From NCBI GenBank assembly GCA_045600905.1, contig JAZRYT010000054.1, forward strand, positions 2,053 to 66,052: a DNA stretch of 64,000 nt, read 5' to 3'. The notes beneath the pieces are model-generated. The model was not told the origin of the DNA, did not search any database, and worked only from the letters and a program-made list of their open reading frames with translations. Every line of letters begins with the position of its first letter. The stretch's first letter is position 1. Source of the stretch: Bacteroidales bacterium. Lineage in GTDB: Bacteria; Bacteroidota; Bacteroidia; Bacteroidales; WCHB1-69. Made by a program: the position numbers and the translations under genes. Positions 25,401 to 31,588 of the stretch are shown one piece after another.

Positions 25401-26906
25401 GAATGAATATGCAGTGAAAACGACTTCTTTATTATTATTGTTGTCATAAAGGTCAATGAGATTCAAAGTATAAGCAGCACCATCATAGTAATGACCAGTA
25501 TTGCTTGCGCCTTTGAACCAATGGATATGATCAGCACAATTGTTTTCAGCATCATTATTAAGTTTAGCCTTAATAACTAAAGTGCTATTGGAATCAATTG
25601 TTTCATTGCAGTATTCGTATGCGATTTCTGTGTTATCCAAAAGCGGAGCAATAACAGGAAGAACTTTGAAAGTGATTGTATCAACAGCACCGGAGCAGGT
25701 GAAGTCATCACCAGTTACAGCATCGTAATGGTTTTCTTGATATACATAATAAGTAGTAGTACCTACCGTACGGAAATCAGGGACGGGAACGGTAGTAGTG
25801 AAAGCTGCATCACCTTCTTTCTTCCAGAAAATCTTATAATCGATAAGACCAGGAGCGTCAGTTTCAACAGCGGGAGCCAAAGCAGCGAGGTCTTCAGCGG
25901 TGAACGGTTCGTTCACACAGATGGTAGCGTTATTAGCAACGATATCAGGATTGATACGAGTGTAGAAAGAGAGAGCGTCAATATGGTCAATTTCCCAGTG
26001 GTCGCAAGTATATTCACCAAAGAGGACATTGTATTGGCCTTCTTCAGAGTAGATAGCGGCAGGATTACCATATTCATAAGTAGAGCCGTCACAAACAGCT
26101 TTTTGGGAAGTAGTAGTTACAAGATAGTGGAGAGAGTCTTGGGCGAGGAGTTGGCCACAGCAACTTTGGTGACCACCCATAATATTACCTTTATCATCAA
26201 TAAAATTGAAATCAGTACCATCTGTTCTTTGACGAACTCCAATAACCAAAGAATACGTACCAACTTGTTTCCAATTGACAACTACGATATTTTCAGTGTT
26301 TTGCAAGAAGGAAGCATAAAAATAGTCAAATGCATATTGACCACCTAAACTAGTGTAGCCCATACCCCAATCAGAATACGGAGCAAATTCTTGCTCTTCA
26401 TAAGCGCCAGGATAGCCACCAGCGCATCTGTTAGGATAATTATCCGTTGTATGGCATACACCATCACCATTTACTTTACCACCCAACCAAGCCAAATAGC
26501 CACAGGTTGCAGCGATGCTTTCTGTGTTATTTAATCGGTTGTAGCGTGTGTAAATGCTAATGTCGGCGTAGCGTTCCAAGTCGTCATTTACCAACTGACC
26601 ATCACGATAGAGTTTCCATTCAAAGGAAACCTTACCATAATCGCAGCCGCTGAAATGTATTTTATACACATCAGTTTGACCGGCATGGATAACAGGAGAC
26701 AACGTGTTATTCAACACTAACTCATTGCCGTGTCCTGGGAGAAGCGCAGCTGTCCCAGGCTCAATCCCCAAGTTGGAGATGTCTTGCAATGTTTCAGGCT
26801 GCATGTTTTCCAGCCAGAAACAGCAATTCGTCGTTTGCGCTTTGGACGTAAAGCCCGCTAGCACAAGGACGATGCTTAAGAAGCAAATTGATAATAGTTT
26901 TTTCAT
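16461..26906 (-). CDS. Giant (3481 aa) T9SS-sorted multi-repeat cell-surface protein / putative adhesin
   Basis: Uninterrupted ORF. Signal peptide MKKLLSICFLSIVLVLAGFTSKAQ. HYR-like DTVAP modules. Nine two-Cys SprB-like units. Seven to nine copies of an 87-97-aa unit. C-terminal KVYPNPAENG...KKLVITK sorting domain. Confidence 0.9.
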   Translation of the reverse strand: MKKLLSICFLSIVLVLAGFTSKAQTTNCCFWLENMQPETLQDISNLGIEPGTAALLPGHGNELVLNNTLSPVIHAGQTDVYKIHFSGCDYGKVSFEWKLYRDGQLVNDDLERYADISIYTRYNRLNNTESIAATCGYLAWLGGKVNGDGVCHTTDNYPNRCAGGYPGAYEEQEFAPYSDWGMGYTSLGGQYAFDYFYASFLQNTENIVVVNWKQVGTYSLVIGVRQRTDGTDFNFIDDKGNIMGGHQSCCGQLLAQDSLHYLVTTTSQKAVCDGSTYEYGNPAAIYSEEGQYNVLFGEYTCDHWEIDHIDALSFYTRINPDIVANNATICVNEPFTAEDLAALAPAVETDAPGLIDYKIFWKKEGDAAFTTTVPVPDFRTVGTTTYYVYQENHYDAVTGDDFTCSGAVDTITFKVLPVIAPLLDNTEIAYEYCNETIDSNSTLVIKAKLNNDAENNCADHIHWFKGASNTGHYYDGAAYTLNLIDLYDNNNNKEVVFTAYSFDASTETYSNTGVSVTINFWKTPELRAERTTESYVECPHTQGLELNSNFTSSNFNDNDLDWTFAWKKNGTNINTTDEDIVVVAPGCGETDTYTVTASVVSEHGCVNEITRSFTVSGLDTVAPVIAWNASFNANVEMEGCDFSVLPAAMSLAQLKDNARITDNCDNNITVYSVTEDTIAYATCEKQYRRSYNVTDECGNVSNVISQIFTVKNNNVPAIDGEVVILQPVRPLNNNCESNLYTYAELLSFFNQNFNVTATCPGTRHEAPLFYLDANKSVVADSNTNIFANTDLVTVYAQVKDECGHSSAVVPVFNLYKPAEMTIEHAFDHVTELCNTESAQIYFDSLLIQNGLVPYNFVWSQTPASQCNINVAEDNVHITVSPVRGGEFNTSSQFIMTVTDAYGCVATDTSNAIHFYALPDVTIVERSDNDDYPHVGEPIVVCPTFGHYQLITVDNANLPDSIDQNLTYSWSGEAIDYTSTNRTSFIAVNHNKCDQDYTVYVEVTNKKGCKATAEYFIVARDTVAPAITLNMPTDTIRNLNNCRIVIPDYTSLFNANTVSDKCWSMEDIVVTQTPVAGTIVAENTDVVITVAPKCGPAAYYTIRACFPEPRIATEISATVNYACYPYETVLSTTTTNAAGNVTVKWDGTTIANTLTVNPTETENLVHNVVVTDENGCQASADYTLVVFHKPVAADVKVESTPNNYCDNEHSNATYTVTALNPEIVGVRVSGTTEWNTLPYTVNNVAVGTYYFDLLTVHDCISESITSVEVLRDTVDNQVSLDLRVITDNANCVAPWSGSIRVVNPIDGYVYHISEGAENSGNQVITYQSSSLSPLTFNFLFSDTYTVDIVSTFNCHFTTDPIVVADHRETPVIPQISTDAVTNCVNHNGIITLSNTRADYDYTINNITRRGNGNVLVFGNLNPGEYTLTVVSPYTHCSNSSVITVEDNSHAPIAEFNTTHNNYCVNGNGTLTVINPNASFSYTFVGQTKSGSVVEFTGLAAMIDTLYVVDNNTNCRNQYQVSINDSLTYPTFDSLEVTTTPRTVCNGTPDGSIMITEANGYTYTVKFIDEVVNILSNLDAGVYTIIKRNIVTGCESDTTVTVEYVRPQVALGLTSTKDVDCSEIGTAVITPTLTPNVAATFAVTSNEESFNLDGLNPGIYHVVATVTETGCEYEADVEVESDFTYPVLEVSSTPNYMCTNDKNGAITVLDTQTVKNYHSILYSLNGVANASFTGLNSGVYTIVATTDNHCVVEAQVAVVDSAFIVRKFEVLPNSMCNPTVSRPGNGSIQVLKPAAATCDYIFSYLNGQGYDVDHFDPIDFTKFDLKDGLYRIQITDNLTGCTSDDTVEVPFTPVPVKIDSISSTPDYLCTGANGSIYVHATCENASAVLEYSLDGQNFQSSNIFSNIEAGTYFVTVKNITTNCVYPSIASVEVESDVYQVNIQFNNKVNTACDSTMFNGEVHVSAAYVNSALGEGNFSYSIDGGSFTGLGEGNYDVTVTDNNTGCVYYAVAEVINDNEYTPVVTIAAYNRNQNPEDYHFCYGQQDGYMIASAETSLEGDINFTYEWSSSCNHITPNGAWTNIYADQAFCCTYTVKVTSNLTGCTKTEQVKVCIDTLPAVHFFFIGEGMHQTSSTPNATYENCQNKEFTFGIDDPGFQTITWTNSHVGTEASFVVAANSLELGQSSFCVKVVDNNGCAYGPIAANVVTIPIAHSTQNITVCNEYHYQSDRIDTTFRYVAGGSNNHTLIDTFAAANSCDSIVTYNITINTDPTIVSNIDADLAAAHCAGTSIIEAGLGYVASDAENAGWRLVESDSLLSHRNGDAFDPTDALTEDMNGKYVFAYASNSCNIVVTSPVQLHVTNAPTLADQYKTLFDTTVCAGSSVPFAAPAYANVNWHNSVGTTFFQVSADNAATWAEVTPTTTLNYGFDYQFRFVAGNMCDTVVLDGPVTVTVNDVPVATVHTLAADTVCNGTVKDFVAPTINWKGNQGREKFQVSVDGADFVDTTASITFTFGHTYSVQYVAENKCSEFTVVDGPVAIKVNDKPALNGRPTMTDQVVCNNGTVTFVAPSVNWNGDEGTVKFQVKVGDTEWASWTNGSSFAYGNSYQVRYVATNMCGTDELIDGPVTITVNNSPVISANPTNDTLCNGEAFTFAAPSINWRGDEGDSIFQVKVGEGDWATTTELSLNVVYGNVYQARFIASNTCGNDTALIATASVIAKPAINIVAEQNDTLCAGSDFTPVIPSVNWNDNEGTTELQVKVNSNAWVPSAATVTVAYGNVYDFRLIALNDCGNDTVAVAHVTVTDQPTATNTLENKTACAGESVTFTVPAVDYHGANGTAQFQVKVDNGAWTAWTNGSSFEYGHTYQVRYVAKNACTDNEMIEVVAPVTVTVNTKPERDGEATLAADTVCAGITSFTAPAVEWNGDEGTATFQVKVGASDWGDTTANIDFEYGISYQVRYVATNDCGSTVIDGPVSINVRTLPSITGTLSAADFTVCDGQGLFTLNAPAYTVGNNATVLSTSWQICKNDAFEVINPETKYDLSYNGAVAYYIVENECGFDSVSVAITVNAIPVPSVSSDTSICQDGTAILTATPGFISYKWFNGQTAVTDATPSNVYAFNPVAEGAYHFTVEVVDANGCVSTETLNGSTDPRTFAVNDAVTVVVTGMPGFIFTHNGQETHYFEATTADQNSQYTWMISNPCDYNRDQLVFVDFDIYYNGELIDNDSIGEYIVAMDADPSLFYEDLYVTSDSINWITPDRVDKNFVTRYNSSNSNNTDLYANHFPIGTMNISTVAFDDYYLHFLTNRPVYKTINQFKKPGVYKVVYTLVATSHVDTLNHRYYNEDLGAVLRIGGHNSVTTPVTFTNLAVDEIIINVTGDNIVIPEEDPNDEPQVVVDETSMKVYPNPAENGRTINAEIFGISGNVVVRIVNLTGNTIAQESIVIPAGNQVYNYTTVLNNLPAGQYFIYVQGEENKARLTKKLVITK
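16464..16721 (-). other. T9SS type A C-terminal sorting domain of the giant protein
   Basis: MKVYPNPAENGRTINAEIFGISGNVVVRIVNLTGNTIAQ...LPAGQYFIYVQGEENKARLTKKLVITK matches the YPNP...G.Y...K(L/F)V(K/I) pattern of Por secretion tails. Confidence 0.85.
17712..19840 (-). repeat. Tandem array of 87-97-aa protein repeats (7 clear, 1-2 degenerate) inside the giant gene
   Basis: Each unit carries C-x-G/N ... F-x-A-P-x-(V/I)-N-W-x-G-(D/N)-(E/Q)-G ... FQVKV ... YG-x-x-YQVRYVA-x-N-x-C ... GPV-x-I-x-V-N. Spacing between successive NW motifs, counted by hand, is 87-89 aa (261-267 nt). Confidence 0.8.
20846..23063 (-). repeat. Nine SprB-repeat-like two-cysteine units (about 75-90 aa each) inside the giant gene
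   Basis: Recurrent pattern C-x(3-9)-(N/D)G-x-I-x-V ... G-x-Y-x(5-9)-C ... V-x-V. Examples are NCVNHNGIITLSN...GEYTLTVVSPYTHC and VCNGTPDGSIMITE...GVYTIIKRNIVTGC. Confidence 0.7.
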
Positions 26907-27014
26907 ACTGTTTTTTTTTGATTGTTATTAATTATATTTTTTCCTATTTTTCTTTCTATCTAGTTGTTTTTTAAGATTATACACTATTATACACTTCACT
27001 AAAAATTCAACTTG

Positions 27015-27022
27015 CAAAAATA
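27015..27022 (-). promoter_or_regulatory. Candidate -7 box (TATTTTTG) for the giant surface-protein gene
   Basis: Plus-strand CAAAAATA reads TATTTTTG on the minus strand. It sits about 110 nt upstream of the ATG at 26906. Confidence 0.35.
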
Positions 27023-27024
27023 CA

Positions 27025-27073
27025 TTTTTTTTTTTACACTTATCATATTTCTATTTTTTTTTTGTTTTTTTTT
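27025..27073. repeat. Cluster of long homopolymer tracts (T11; T10-G-T9)
   Basis: T11 at 27025-27035, T10 at 27054-27063, G at 27064, T9 at 27065-27073. All lie immediately upstream (minus-strand sense) of the candidate -7 box. Confidence 0.9.
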
Positions 27074-27270
27074 CTGACAATATACCTTGCACCATCTGTC
27101 AACACTGGCGACAAGCACTATATATCGACATCCAAAAATTTATATATAACACATTTTCAATATATTACATTAAAAACTTTCGGCATTTGATATAAACATC
27201 GCCTTTTTAATAATTTTGAATCATCATCTTATTGACATAATAAAAGGATGCAGTTTTCGCATCAATACAT

Positions 27271-27301
27271 ACAAAAATGCCTATTCACAAGGAATAGGCA
27301 T
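27271..27301 (-). terminator. Rho-independent terminator after the TPR/PD40/OmpA gene
   Basis: ATGCCTATTC (27277-27286) pairs perfectly with GAATAGGCAT (27292-27301) across a 5-nt loop. A T5 run follows on the minus strand. Confidence 0.7.
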
Positions 27302-27308
27302 ATAAATA

Positions 27309-29246
27309 TTATTGTATAATCTTGAATTCTGTCCGTCGGTTAGCCGCTCGTCCTTCCTCCGTGCTATTATCCGAAATCGGATTCCTCATTCCATACCCGC
27401 GATAGCTCAAACGCTCGGCCGGGATGCCTCGTGAAACCAAATAGTCATAAACCGCTTTTGCTCTGTCTTGGGACAATTTGTCATTATACGCTTCCCCACC
27501 CTGATTATCCGTATGTCCGCCAATTTCAATTTTGACCAAATTGTGTTCAAGATATGCGACCAGTCTGTCCAATTCGACAAAGGAAACGGGTTGCAAATCA
27601 GAGCGGTCAAAATCAAAGAATATGTTCTTTAGGACGACCACGGTTCCGACATCAGCTTTTTGGAGTAGAATATCTTTTTCAAAGGGAGACAATTCCGTAT
27701 AGGATTTTTCCACTTGGAAGTTTTCGGAGTAAAACGGATAGTCTGGGTGCGACACATTCAGCATCAAATTCGAGCCTGTTTGGATGCAAGCCAAATATTC
27801 TCCCGTTTGTTCATCTGACTGTGTAGAAGTCAGGACTTGTTTTGTAAGAAGGTCAACCATTTCAATTGTGGCTCGCAACGGCTGCTCACTATAAGCATCT
27901 TTGACTATACCTTTGATGAAGGTGACAGGAGTAGGGCGAAGTGTTTCATCTAAATCGAAGCAATAGAGATCTAGTCCGCCAAAGCCATCATTTTTATCAG
28001 AAGCCATATAGGCTTTTGTACCAGAAGCGTTGATGAATATATTGATTTCATCAGCAGAAGTATTGATTGGATATCCCAAATTTTTAGGTTCACTCCAAGA
28101 GCCATCTTCCTGCATAGTGGAATAATATAAGTCATAGCCTCCCATACCAATTCGACCGTTAGAAGCAAAATAGAGAGACTTTCCATCGCTATGAATGAAC
28201 GGTGCCGCGTCATCACCAGGGGTATTGATTGTGGGACCAAGATTTTCAGGCACCGTGAAAGCACCTTCGGAGGTCATCGTAGTTTTCCAGATATCCATTC
28301 CGCCATATCCACCGGCACGGGAAGAGACAAAATAGATTGTTTTACCGTCAGGTGCCATAGAGGGTTGTGATTCCCATGCGTTTGTATTCACTGGAGCGCC
28401 AAAATTTCTCGGGCGCGACCATTTATTCCCAATTTTCTTAGACCAATACAAATCACAGCTCCCCATCCCAAAATCAGAATTACAAATTGTATATAACAAA
28501 TACAAACCGTCTGGAGAGATGCATTGAGCACCTTCATTATAGCTCGAACGGATAGGCTGGCCAAAAGCAGTTCTCGGCAGCCAATTATCTGAAACTTGAT
28601 TTGAAAAATACAAGTCTTCCTCATTTAAACAAAAAGCGCAAATTGTGTTTTTGTCTTTCGGGCGATTAACTGTGAAGACCAGCATTTGGTCATCGGCCGT
28701 CAAGGAAGCCAACGATTCATCCCACTCTGAATTGATGTTGTTTCCTAAATTCTCCGGTTGAAACTTTACTGGATTTCGCATTGCATCAATTGCAAAACGA
28801 CAATTGGCAATTCCTTTTTGAGCATCAGCGAGCACATCCGTATATTGCAATCCCTTTTGTAAAAATATTTCGTAATTTTTGAGGGCATCCTGATATTGAC
28901 CGCATTTTAATCCTTCATTGGCGGCAATAAAATACAACATCGGATTAGGACTTCCAATAAGCTCAATTGCTTTGTTATAACAAGAAACTGCGGAATCAGA
29001 GTTCAAGGTGAAATTGTAGATATCACCCATTAATATATATATGTCAGCATAATTTGGATCTTTTGATTTTGCTTGTTTCAACAAAGTCAAAGCCTTTTCG
29101 AAATCCCTGTTATTAATCAGCTGCTCGGCTTTTGAACACAGATTCGCGACTTTAGAAGGTTTTTGAGCAAAAGTACAGTTATGTTGAACTAAAAGAACAA
29201 CCAACAACAATAATATTATATATACTATTTTATAATTATTCTTCAT
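27309..29246 (-). CDS. OmpA-family outer-membrane-associated protein with TPR and PD40 (TolB-like) repeats
   Basis: Signal peptide present. TPR-like N-terminus. PD40-like repeats (SPDGLYLLY, APDGKTIYFVSSR, HSDGKSLYFASNG). C-terminal OmpA motif GHTDNQGGEAYNDKLSQDRAKAV...NRRTEFKI. The ATG at 29244-29246 is preferred over the TTG at 29252. Confidence 0.85.
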   Translation of the reverse strand: MKNNYKIVYIILLLLVVLLVQHNCTFAQKPSKVANLCSKAEQLINNRDFEKALTLLKQAKSKDPNYADIYILMGDIYNFTLNSDSAVSCYNKAIELIGSPNPMLYFIAANEGLKCGQYQDALKNYEIFLQKGLQYTDVLADAQKGIANCRFAIDAMRNPVKFQPENLGNNINSEWDESLASLTADDQMLVFTVNRPKDKNTICAFCLNEEDLYFSNQVSDNWLPRTAFGQPIRSSYNEGAQCISPDGLYLLYTICNSDFGMGSCDLYWSKKIGNKWSRPRNFGAPVNTNAWESQPSMAPDGKTIYFVSSRAGGYGGMDIWKTTMTSEGAFTVPENLGPTINTPGDDAAPFIHSDGKSLYFASNGRIGMGGYDLYYSTMQEDGSWSEPKNLGYPINTSADEINIFINASGTKAYMASDKNDGFGGLDLYCFDLDETLRPTPVTFIKGIVKDAYSEQPLRATIEMVDLLTKQVLTSTQSDEQTGEYLACIQTGSNLMLNVSHPDYPFYSENFQVEKSYTELSPFEKDILLQKADVGTVVVLKNIFFDFDRSDLQPVSFVELDRLVAYLEHNLVKIEIGGHTDNQGGEAYNDKLSQDRAKAVYDYLVSRGIPAERLSYRGYGMRNPISDNSTEEGRAANRRTEFKIIQ

Positions 29247-30012
29247 TTTCAATTGTTTTTGCTTGCTGCCATAAGATTTCCATCTTTTCCAAAGACAAAT
29301 CTGTCAGTTTTTGTCCTGCTTCTTTCGATTTCTCTTCCATATATTGGAAACGTCTGATGAATTTTCGATTAGTTTTTTCTAAAGCATCGTCAGGATTAAT
29401 GTGTATAAATCTAGCATAATTGATTAAGGAGAACAGTACATCTCCAAATTCTTCTTCCGCTCTTAACGGATTCACATTCTCTTCAGCTTTGAATTCGTTG
29501 ATTTCTTCCTGAACCTTTTCCCATACTTCATCTTTGTTGTGCCAATCAAAGCCAACTCCATTAGCCTTTTCCTGAATTCGGTATGCCTTTACTATAGAAG
29601 GAGCACTTTTAGGAACGCCTCCTAACACAGAACGATTACCTTCTTTCTGAAGTTTGATTTTCTCCCAATTTTCATGAACTTGCTGAGCATCTTGCGCTTC
29701 ACCTTCACCATATATATGAGGGTGCCTCCGAATCAGTTTTTCACACAACTGATTCAGTACCTGAGCAATATCAAACAGTTTTTCCTCAGAGGCGATCTTA
29801 GAATAAAAGACTATATGCAACATCAAATCACCCAACTCCTTACACATATCACTATAGTTTTTATCAACTATAGCTTCAGAAAGTTCGTATGTTTCCTCAA
29901 TAGTCAGGCATCTTAATGTATCAAAAGTCTGCACACTATCCCATGGACATTTAGCACGTAATTCGTCCATAATATCCAACAAACGTTGAAATGCAATAAG
30001 TCGTTCGTCCAT
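29236..30012 (-). CDS. mazG: Nucleoside triphosphate pyrophosphohydrolase MazG
   Basis: MazG motifs are present (CPWDSVQTFDTLRCLTIEETYEL, ELGDLMLHIVF, a second EEFGDVLFSL repeat). The ATG at 30010-30012 is preferred over the TTG at 30033. Confidence 0.9.
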   Translation of the reverse strand: MDERLIAFQRLLDIMDELRAKCPWDSVQTFDTLRCLTIEETYELSEAIVDKNYSDMCKELGDLMLHIVFYSKIASEEKLFDIAQVLNQLCEKLIRRHPHIYGEGEAQDAQQVHENWEKIKLQKEGNRSVLGGVPKSAPSIVKAYRIQEKANGVGFDWHNKDEVWEKVQEEINEFKAEENVNPLRAEEEFGDVLFSLINYARFIHINPDDALEKTNRKFIRRFQYMEEKSKEAGQKLTDLSLEKMEILWQQAKTIENEE

Positions 30013-30016
30013 GACA

Positions 30017-31492
30017 CTAATAAGATCTAGCAAATAGAACGCGTTGTTTTGAAGGTTTGCCTGTCAAAATACACTTTCCTTCTTCTAAAGGATTATTGAA
30101 GGGGATGCAACGAATTGTAGCTTTCGTTAATTCCTTGATTTTATCTTCAGTTTCTGGAGTTCCATCCCAGTGAGCATAAATAAATCCGGGATGATTATCC
30201 AACAAATCGACAAATTCTTCCCATGTATCAGCTTTTCGTGTATTTTCCTCTCTGAATTTCAAAGCCTTATCAAACAAGTTCTTTTGAATATCTTTTAAGA
30301 GTTTTTGAATATATTCAATCAAATTGTCAAATGGGACAACTTCTTTTTCAAGAGTATCACGACGGGCGACTTCAGCATCATTATTTTCCAAATCTCGAGG
30401 TCCGATTGCGACACGTACAGGAACACCTTTTAACTCATACTCATTAAATTTCCAGCCTGAGCGTTTGGAATCGTCATTATCAAATTTAACAGTTATATTC
30501 AGTTCTTTTAATTTTTCGATTAAAGGCTGGACCTTATCGGCAATGGCTTGCCGTTGTTCTTCATTTTTATAAATCGGAACTATAACCACCTGAATAGGAG
30601 CAAGATTCGGCGGAAGGACGAGGCCATTATCATCAGAATGCGTCATAATCAAGGCTCCAATTAATCGAGTTGAGACGCCCCATGAAGTAGCCCAAACATA
30701 ATCAAGTTGATTATCTTTATTCAAGAATTTGACGTCAAATGCTTTCGCAAAATTCTGGCCCAGGAAGTGTGACGTACCGGCTTGCAAAGCTTTACCGTCT
30801 TGCATGAGTGCTTCAATACAATATGTATCCAAAGCTCCTCCAAAACGTTCATTTGGGGATTTAACTCCTTGAACGACAGGAATTGCCATAAAATTCTCCA
30901 CAAAATCCGCATAGACGTGAAGCATTTTTTCTGTCTCTTCTATTGCTTCCTGCTTAGTGGCATGAGCAGTATGGCCTTCTTGCCACAAGAATTCAGCCGT
31001 GCGAAGGAACAATCGGGTTCTCATTTCCCAACGGACAACATTTGCCCACTGGTTACAAAGAATTGGGAGATCGCGATAGGAGTGGATCCAGTTTTTATAC
31101 GTATCCCAAATAATCGTTTCAGATGTGGGACGCACAATCAATTCTTCTTCCAATTTCGCATCAGGATCAACAACGACTCCTGCTCCATTAGGATCATTTT
31201 TCAATCGATAATGTGTGACAACCGCGCACTCCTTCGCAAAGCCTTCAACGTGACTTGCTTCACGACTAAAGAAAGATTTTGGAATAAAAATCGGGAAATA
31301 TGCATTTACGTGTCCTGTGTCCTTGAACATTTTATCCAATGTGGATTGAACCTTTTCCCAAATCGCATAGCCATACGGTTTAATCACCATACATCCTCTA
31401 ACTGATGAATTTTCAGCCAAATCCGCTTGTTTAACAATGTCATTATACCATTGAGAATAATTCTCAGCCCTTGTAGAAATATTTTTAGCCAT
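30017..31492 (-). CDS. proS: Proline--tRNA ligase (archaeal/eukaryote-like type)
   Basis: Class II aaRS sequence beginning [20 protein letters not shown] and ending in ...ARSY, typical of this ProRS type. The ATG at 31490-31492 is used. The track ORF adds 21 unlikely N-terminal residues. Confidence 0.93.
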   Translation of the reverse strand: MAKNISTRAENYSQWYNDIVKQADLAENSSVRGCMVIKPYGYAIWEKVQSTLDKMFKDTGHVNAYFPIFIPKSFFSREASHVEGFAKECAVVTHYRLKNDPNGAGVVVDPDAKLEEELIVRPTSETIIWDTYKNWIHSYRDLPILCNQWANVVRWEMRTRLFLRTAEFLWQEGHTAHATKQEAIEETEKMLHVYADFVENFMAIPVVQGVKSPNERFGGALDTYCIEALMQDGKALQAGTSHFLGQNFAKAFDVKFLNKDNQLDYVWATSWGVSTRLIGALIMTHSDDNGLVLPPNLAPIQVVIVPIYKNEEQRQAIADKVQPLIEKLKELNITVKFDNDDSKRSGWKFNEYELKGVPVRVAIGPRDLENNDAEVARRDTLEKEVVPFDNLIEYIQKLLKDIQKNLFDKALKFREENTRKADTWEEFVDLLDNHPGFIYAHWDGTPETEDKIKELTKATIRCIPFNNPLEEGKCILTGKPSKQRVLFARSY

Positions 31493-31523
31493 TATATTTT
31501 TTTTTATTGAGTTAACTTTTTCG

Positions 31524-31531
31524 TATTTTTG
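31524..31531 (+). promoter_or_regulatory. Candidate -7 box (TATTTTTG) for the four-gene envelope operon
   Basis: Exact TAnnTTTG match 57 nt upstream of the ATG at 31589. Confidence 0.45.
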
Positions 31532-31552
31532 CCGTCTATTAAAACTGATTTG

Positions 31553-31560
31553 CAAAAATA
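31553..31560 (-). promoter_or_regulatory. Candidate -7 box (TATTTTTG) for proS-mazG-ompA-like unit
   Basis: Plus-strand CAAAAATA reads TATTTTTG on the minus strand, 60 nt upstream of the proS ATG. Confidence 0.45.
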
Positions 31561-31588
31561 CGAAAATAAAAGATATAAGGAGGAACTT

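Noticed and set aside
16440-26348. Dozens of plus-strand ORFs inside the giant gene (for example 21546-22592 at 348 aa, 20589-21290, 25728-26348, 17919-18344).
   Set aside because: These are antisense shadows of a compositionally biased gene. The translations are Ile/Ser/Asn/Arg-rich low complexity with no motifs. The minus-strand frame is coherent from signal peptide to T9SS tail. The quasi-periodic spacing of these ORFs simply mirrors the protein repeats.
26907-27308. Invertible (invertase-flipped) promoter upstream of the giant adhesin gene.
   Set aside because: Only short AT-rich palindromes (ATATAT-type) are present. There are no convincing 15-30 bp inverted repeats flanking the -7 box and no recombinase gene nearby.
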